A DNA stretch of 64,000 nucleotides from NCBI RefSeq assembly GCF_009914755.1, contig NC_060938.1; one strand, 5' to 3'. This document shows positions 57,135-64,000 of the stretch, piece by piece; within the stretch, counting starts at the first letter, position 1, and every line of letters begins with the position of its first letter. The notes below the pieces were generated by a model. The model had not been told where the DNA came from, made no database searches, and saw only the letters and a program-made list of their open reading frames with translations. The position numbers were made by a program, and so were the translations under genes. The DNA is from the human T2T-CHM13v2.0 reference genome, Homo sapiens.

Positions 57135-57493
57135 TGATATGGTTTGGTACTGTGGCCCGACCCAAATCTCACCTCGAATTATAAACCCCATGTGTCAGAG
57201 GAGGGACCTCATGGGAGGTGCTTGGATCATGGGGGCAGTTTCCCCCATGCTGTTCTGACAGTGGAGTTCTTGTGAGATCTGGTTGTTTTCTAAGTGTGTG
57301 GCTCTTCCCACTTCTCTCTCTCTCCTGTCACCATGTAAAGATGTGCCTTGCTTCCCTTTAGCCTCCCACCATGACTGTAAGTTTCCGGAAGTCTCCCCAG
57401 CCATGTGGAACTGTGAGTCAATTAAACCGATTTTTTAATAAATTACCCAGTCTCAGGTAGTTGTTTATAGCAGTGTGAAAATGCACTAACACA
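57135..57493 (+). mobile_element. THE1 (C/D) MaLR solo LTR
   Basis: tgatatggtttgg...cccaaatctcacctcgaatt...ccagccatgtggaactgtgagtcaattaaac...actaacaca. Confidence 0.92.
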
Positions 57494-58475
57494 ACACCTT
57501 TCCTTGATTTACTTCTACCAAACACAGTCCCATTTTATTAAAATAATACACATAATACACACATATATGCCTGATAATATATACACTATGTAGGAAAATG
57601 TTAAAATTATCTCTGAATGGTATGATCTAATTTTTCTTATTTTTGCTAAGCTGCATTTAAAAATATTCCTATTATAATCATGTGTTACTTGAGATTCATT
57701 AACACATGTTAACAAATAAAACGGTAACACTGTAAATAATTAAAACATAGTGTTTGAAATATTTTATTCCATTTTGTAATTTACAACCCATTTAGAAAAA
57801 CAGGATTGAAATTTAAACAGCCTTTAACAAATCTCATTTTCCTTATTTCATTTGTATTAAAATATTTAGAAACCTTAAAAATGATACATTTAGTGAAATT
57901 TAAAGAAATTAATTTAAAAACCAGTTGTACATAAAAATAGATGCTTATCTAAAACACTAGTATTACCAAATATTACAACCAAATAGCACCATCAGTTAAA
58001 AATATGTTAAAAGAGACAGAATATAGTAATTAGAGCCTTCTAATAATGCAATGTTACTTATCATGTCTTAGAAAATAAATCTCATTCTTAGGCCCATGCT
58101 AAATTACCAACACTTGTATAAACTATTCTTTCTTTAGCTACAGGTATTTTCCCAAGTTAAGAATTTATAGAATTTTAAAATTAGGCTAGGTAATCTTCCA
58201 GGGCGTAAAATTACTCCAGCAGACCTTAGTGGTATTGCTTGGATCTGGAGTTAATAAAGAGAAGTAAATTCAACCCTAGTAAGACACTAAGACAAACTTG
58301 GGGAACAGATTTGCTTCAGGAAGCTCAAAATCTTTTCATGCTTAGTCAAAGTAAGGCCACATTGCCAGAGTAAAAGAGTAAAATCATAGTCTTCTTCTTT
58401 CATGAGTGTTGTCTTCGCCAATCAAGAAAATCTTAATCAGTGCAGACCTTAAATCTGAATGGCCTCTGCAGATAG

Positions 58476-58799
<324 letters not shown>

Positions 58800-59790
58800 T
58801 AAGGACTATCAACACATGATTGGTATCAGATATTTGATACCAAATAAAATAAAATTCCAGAATGATTTTATTTAATCATTCAATAGTTATTTGAAATTTC
58901 CTGAATTTAATTTTCACAGTTAAATCCAAACCATATTATTTTATTTTTAAACTGGATTGTATCCTGGTTGCTATGTGCTAAGGTGAACAGCAGCAGAAAT
59001 GTAAAATTCCTCAAGTACTAATTTATCATAAATTAGCATTTGTTTTATGCTATAACAAACAAGCACTTAGCACAATTCTCGAACATTAAGAAATCCACTT
59101 AACACTCAGATAAAGGGCACACCTACTTAATTGGGATGATTGCTAAAGCATACTGCAGTGTAATACATTCAACTCATTGTAAAAAAAAAAAAATAATGTC
59201 AAAACTAGGTTTTAAATGGCATGGCTGATTTCTGAAAATCTTATCATAGTAGTTTATAGATGAGAATTGATAATTGAGGCATGTTTCCTGCTAGCAGTCG
59301 ATAAAGCTGCTACTTTATATATTAATGTGGCCAAACAAATCCATCCCAGCTTTGTTGAGGGTTTTATAAAGAGTGTTTTTTATGAAGTTGTCCAAAACAA
59401 ATTTTGAAAGTCAGTAAAATAGATGCTGAAAAAGTTTTGATTAATCAGTATATTTCATTATTTTTATTGTGTTTCATGAATTCTACCCTTTGGAAACACA
59501 TATTTTCAAATAGCCTTAGTTTACTTCATATAAAATCACTGTGTTCTTTAGTTTGTTAGATCAAGTAAGTATCTAAATAATCATGCAACAGACTGAGCAA
59601 GAGTACAAGTTTCCTACTGTTTTTCCACCTTACTATAGCCATGTGTTCATCATGTTAACCTTTACACCAGAAAATCCATAAACAAAATCAAAACATAAAT
59701 GTGTATGACTTTAATTATAAATTCATCTTAAAAAACCACTCAAAACATCCTTGATAAATATCCACTCCTTTCACCAAAACAAAAACATAC

Positions 59791-59821
<31 letters not shown>

Positions 59822-60463
59822 ACAGGCTGCTGAAAAGAATAAACAAATTCTGTCCTAAACAAGACCATAAGAGTTATATCAATAGAAGAGGAAAAAAAGC
59901 AAAAGCTTCTAGTAAAAAAAGTGATCTCTAAAGTTTTTCTATTACTTACAAAGAAACCATGTATTATATTTGAGAGTTCTGCACTTTTTGAATAGACATA
60001 GCAACTGCTGTTGTTCATACTACTTTCATTACTAACACATTAGTTTATTAATAACTAATATGGCACTGATTGCAAGAGATAAGGTTATTGATTTCTCCCT
60101 CAAAGATGAATACACCATTCTTGTATTAACTTCTTTATAACATTTTTGATTTTTTAGATTGAGCATAAAGTAAAATGTTCTTATAGAATTAGGATATAAT
60201 TTTCCTAAGTGTTGTAAAAAATAGTTTGGTATTTCTTGAAAAGTGAAAGAGTAAGTATGTTCTTGCTTTCAGTAGCTTCTTGAAGAAAGAAAAGGAACTG
60301 GGATTGAGGTCACAAATTTCTATAAATATTCATGATATTGAATAATAATGTTTATAATTAGGAAGGCTCTAATTGATGATTTTATGTAAGAATAGAACAA
60401 CCCTATATCCTACGATTTGATAAATACCAACATTAAACCAAGAGAAATTTTTCACATGTACAT

Positions 60464-60487
60464 ACACACACACACACACACACACAC
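60464..60487. repeat. (CA)n microsatellite
   Basis: About 12 units. Confidence 0.95.
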
Positions 60488-61599
60488 CATTTATCCCCAT
60501 ACACTTAAGCATACTTCACACTAGACAATGTAAACATTATACACACTTAAGCACACATAGCATATTCCATGTAATGGAAAGAACTGTCATAGAGTTGATG
60601 AAAACTATAAGGCAATAAAGGATTAGTAGAGTATTCTGTGCTTAAAAATCACTTGTATTTCATACAAAACAGAAGAACCCTAAAAATTTAATTAATAAAT
60701 AAATGGAGTAACATATGATTTTAAAAAATCTTTATATTTTAAAAATGAATTTTAAATTTTAAAATAAAAGAAAAAATTTAATAGAAGTGTATATGTTTAA
60801 ATATATGAAAGATGAATAGATAAGCAAACTAGCCCATCTAGGATAAAATGAACTTGTAGTAAATATTAAATAAAGGAAAGAAAAAAAGCAAAGAGAGTTA
60901 AAATTAAATTGAATGTGGCAAAGAATATGTCTAAGGTGGCTTGCTAACTGCAGTAGTGTTTCTCTACCTTGAAAGAATTTCACCTCTTTCAAAGTAAGAC
61001 ATCTCAAGAAACAATTCATACAGAATATCGCCTTATATTAGGCTGGTTCTTCAAAGATGAGTACATTTTTAGATATTTGTAGATGTATTTTTTAAGAGAA
61101 TAGTAAGCAGAAAGCCTGAAATACTACATTAATGTGTGTGAGTTTAATGCTAGACAATGAAAGAAATGTTTTAAACCAGAGTATGGAATAATCACAGTTA
61201 TATAGGATACATGGAGGAATGAGATTGGTGATAAGATTATGAAATATTGAATATCCTAAGTAAGACTCATTGAAAATGAGAGTAGTGGTAGTGGGAGTGA
61301 AAAGATTGAAATACATTTTAAAGATAAAATTGTCAAAAGTTAGCAATTAAGTATGAGAAGCAATGAAAAGGAAGATTAAAAGTTACCTCCAAAGTTCTCA
61401 AGCTTCATGATTAGATCATTGTAATGCGATTGACAGAGCAAGACAGAAGAGAGATTTTATAGATAAAATTTATAAAATTTACAATGTGCCTAGGTTTAAT
61501 TAGGCACACTGCACATTTGATACATTCTCTAGATGTAAAGATGGAGGAGACATTGTTTTAGTGCTGGCAGTTGAAGGCTTTTATTCATGCATATGGGGT

Positions 61600-61889
<290 letters not shown>

Positions 61890-63370
61890 AATATGGGCTT
61901 TCATTCAGAGTACACAGTACAGACATAAGAGAATAGAGTCAAGGCTAGATCTTGAGAAAACATGTACCAATAGAAGGCAGGAAAAATATTGGAGAAATGG
62001 AAAAAAGGGGACTTCAGAAATACTGAAAGAAGAGGAATACAGGAAAAATACATCATTTTGGCTTTACGGTGGATTCATTAAGTCATTATTTATTTTATTG
62101 ACTTCCTTCTACACAGCACACACAAGAAATATAAGCTAAGCACATAATGGCCCCTGCCTTCAAGTAGCTCATGATCCATTTATAATCTAGTTAGCCTCCC
62201 TCAGTGGTCTTGGTTATTGTTTATAGAATGTTAAACGGTAAAACAATAGAAGATAAAACTATCTATTGTTTCCAAACATAATGTCCTGGGTACAAATAAA
62301 CTTCAGAAGGGTCTGGGTTAATAAGTAATAATAAACAACATGCATAAAATAAAAGGGGAAGATTAAAATGAAATTCTTGATAAAGGAAACTTAAAAGTTG
62401 CAAAGGTCAAGGATACATACTCTCTTTTAAAAGGCTCCCACATACTTTGTAGAGAGAAAATGAGAAGTACTGAGGGTTGGGGATGGTGGATGGCATTAAA
62501 AGACAAATAAAGATTATGGAGAAGGTGAAAAAATCTAAACGAAGAGTCATGGTAGAGAAAGTGTTTCACTGCTTTATCTGAACAACATTAACAACAAACT
62601 AAAGGCAAAATGGGCATGTGGACAAAAGGCTTTAAACACTGTAGTTCATCACAAAAACTTTTTGGTTTCTCCTCTTCACTCAAACATAAAATTAAAGACT
62701 ACCTGTCAGAGTTATTATAAATCTATTTTATATTTTCATTAATAAGATGGTAAAAATTTAGATAAAATTACATTTTTAAAATTAACATAATATTCAAATA
62801 ATATTTCTCATTGGTGGATAATGATAAATGGACAAACCAGACTGGTTACTGTTGGTTTAACAATTCAATAAACAGATTATTTAAGAAAATCTTTCCAAAG
62901 TAAACAAGTCGAAAAGTAATTACCATACTATGCTGCAAATACACATTCAGTTAACTGTAGCCCCATGAAACTACCATTTAGCACAGTATCTGGCACATTT
63001 GAGATGATCGATATTGTTGAATAATTGGGAAAATTCTTTTTAAGGTTCACTTTTATCTTCTAACAAAATGGTTGCTAATACATACAAGGCTGTGCAACAG
63101 GCATGGCTAAGTTCCCCACATGTACATGAGGTCAAATTAATATTTTTTATACTAAAAAAAAATTATTTCAGATTATTTGATGAAGTAGTTAAATATACTA
63201 ACATAGAGAAAAAATACCTATTTGAATATTTTTCATATTAACCTAAAATTCAATCAATAGCCAAAACATACAATGCATCTATTCTCATTATATCGTTAAA
63301 CACTCCTTAGATTTTAGTTTAATCATCTAAAAATTTGCAGATAGGGTATTAATTTAAAGAAGAGCTTCCT

Positions 63371-63650
63371 GGCCGGGCGCGGTGACTCATGCCTGTAATC
63401 CCAGCACTATGGGAGGCTGAGGCGGGCAGATCACAAGGTCATCCTGGCCAACATGGTGAAACCCTGTCTCTACTAAAAATACAAAAATTAGCTGGGCGTG
63501 GTGGTGCATGCCTGCAGTCCCAGCTACTCGGGAGGCTGAGGCAGGAGAATCGCTTGAACCTGGGAGGCAGAGGTTGCACTAAGCCGAGATAGCACCACTG
63601 CACTCCAGCCTGGTGACAGAGTGAGACTGTGTCTCAAAAGAAAAAAAAAA
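63371..63650 (+). mobile_element. AluS with small left-arm deletion
   Basis: TSD aaagaagag(c/t)ttcc; lacks the ggagttcgagacc segment. Confidence 0.93.
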
Positions 63651-64000
63651 AGAAGAGTTTCCCAAAGTTTTAAGGTGTGTTGGGTAGGCAGGGAGACGAA
63701 GAGTGGGAGGGAGAGAGGAAATTGAGATTTTGATTGAAAGACCCTTTCATAGTCTAGGTAGTCTAGTAAATACTGACCGAAATATCATTAAACAAAAGTG
63801 TTTATTGACCCTCTGAACATTTAGTACAATAATATACATCATGGATTCTTGGGAAAACTATTATGTTAAGCATTTTTCAAATTTCAAACTTGCTAAACTA
63901 GATAGAACACTTTTTCATGGAAGATTTCATTCCAACTATGATTCCACAGACCATATTCTGGGAAATACTGCTATATAATGTAAAGAAACCTTTAAAAAGA

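Overview
Primate (human) genomic DNA, AT-rich and CpG-poor, lying entirely inside NOVA1, the neuronal KH-domain splicing regulator, on the minus strand. The window holds the 5' coding part of the last exon (1-846; KH2, Ala-rich linker, most of KH3), an alternative terminal exon encoding KHNISWIS* (22356-22382), the 72-nt autoregulated cassette exon 4 (24213-24284), exon 3 (31870-32036) and about 32 kb of the long intron 2. Codon 197 is GTA (Val), the modern-human allele. The introns carry about 18 Alu pieces, L1, L2, MIR, MaLR LTRs and DNA-transposon fossils. I found no evidence of a new gene system. The most unusual signals are: (i) a 77-bp, 76/77-identical inverted copy of nearby intronic sequence inserted between 14-bp direct repeats, plus other signs of local templated copying around a Tigger3b fossil; (ii) a 5'-inverted (twin-primed) L1PA2/3 with intact TSDs and priming microhomology; (iii) a consensus AG|GTAAGT recursive-splice-like site deep in intron 2; (iv) a tailless Alu with TSDs. 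Repeat subfamily calls and reference-protein matches are from memory of consensus sequences, not from a database search.
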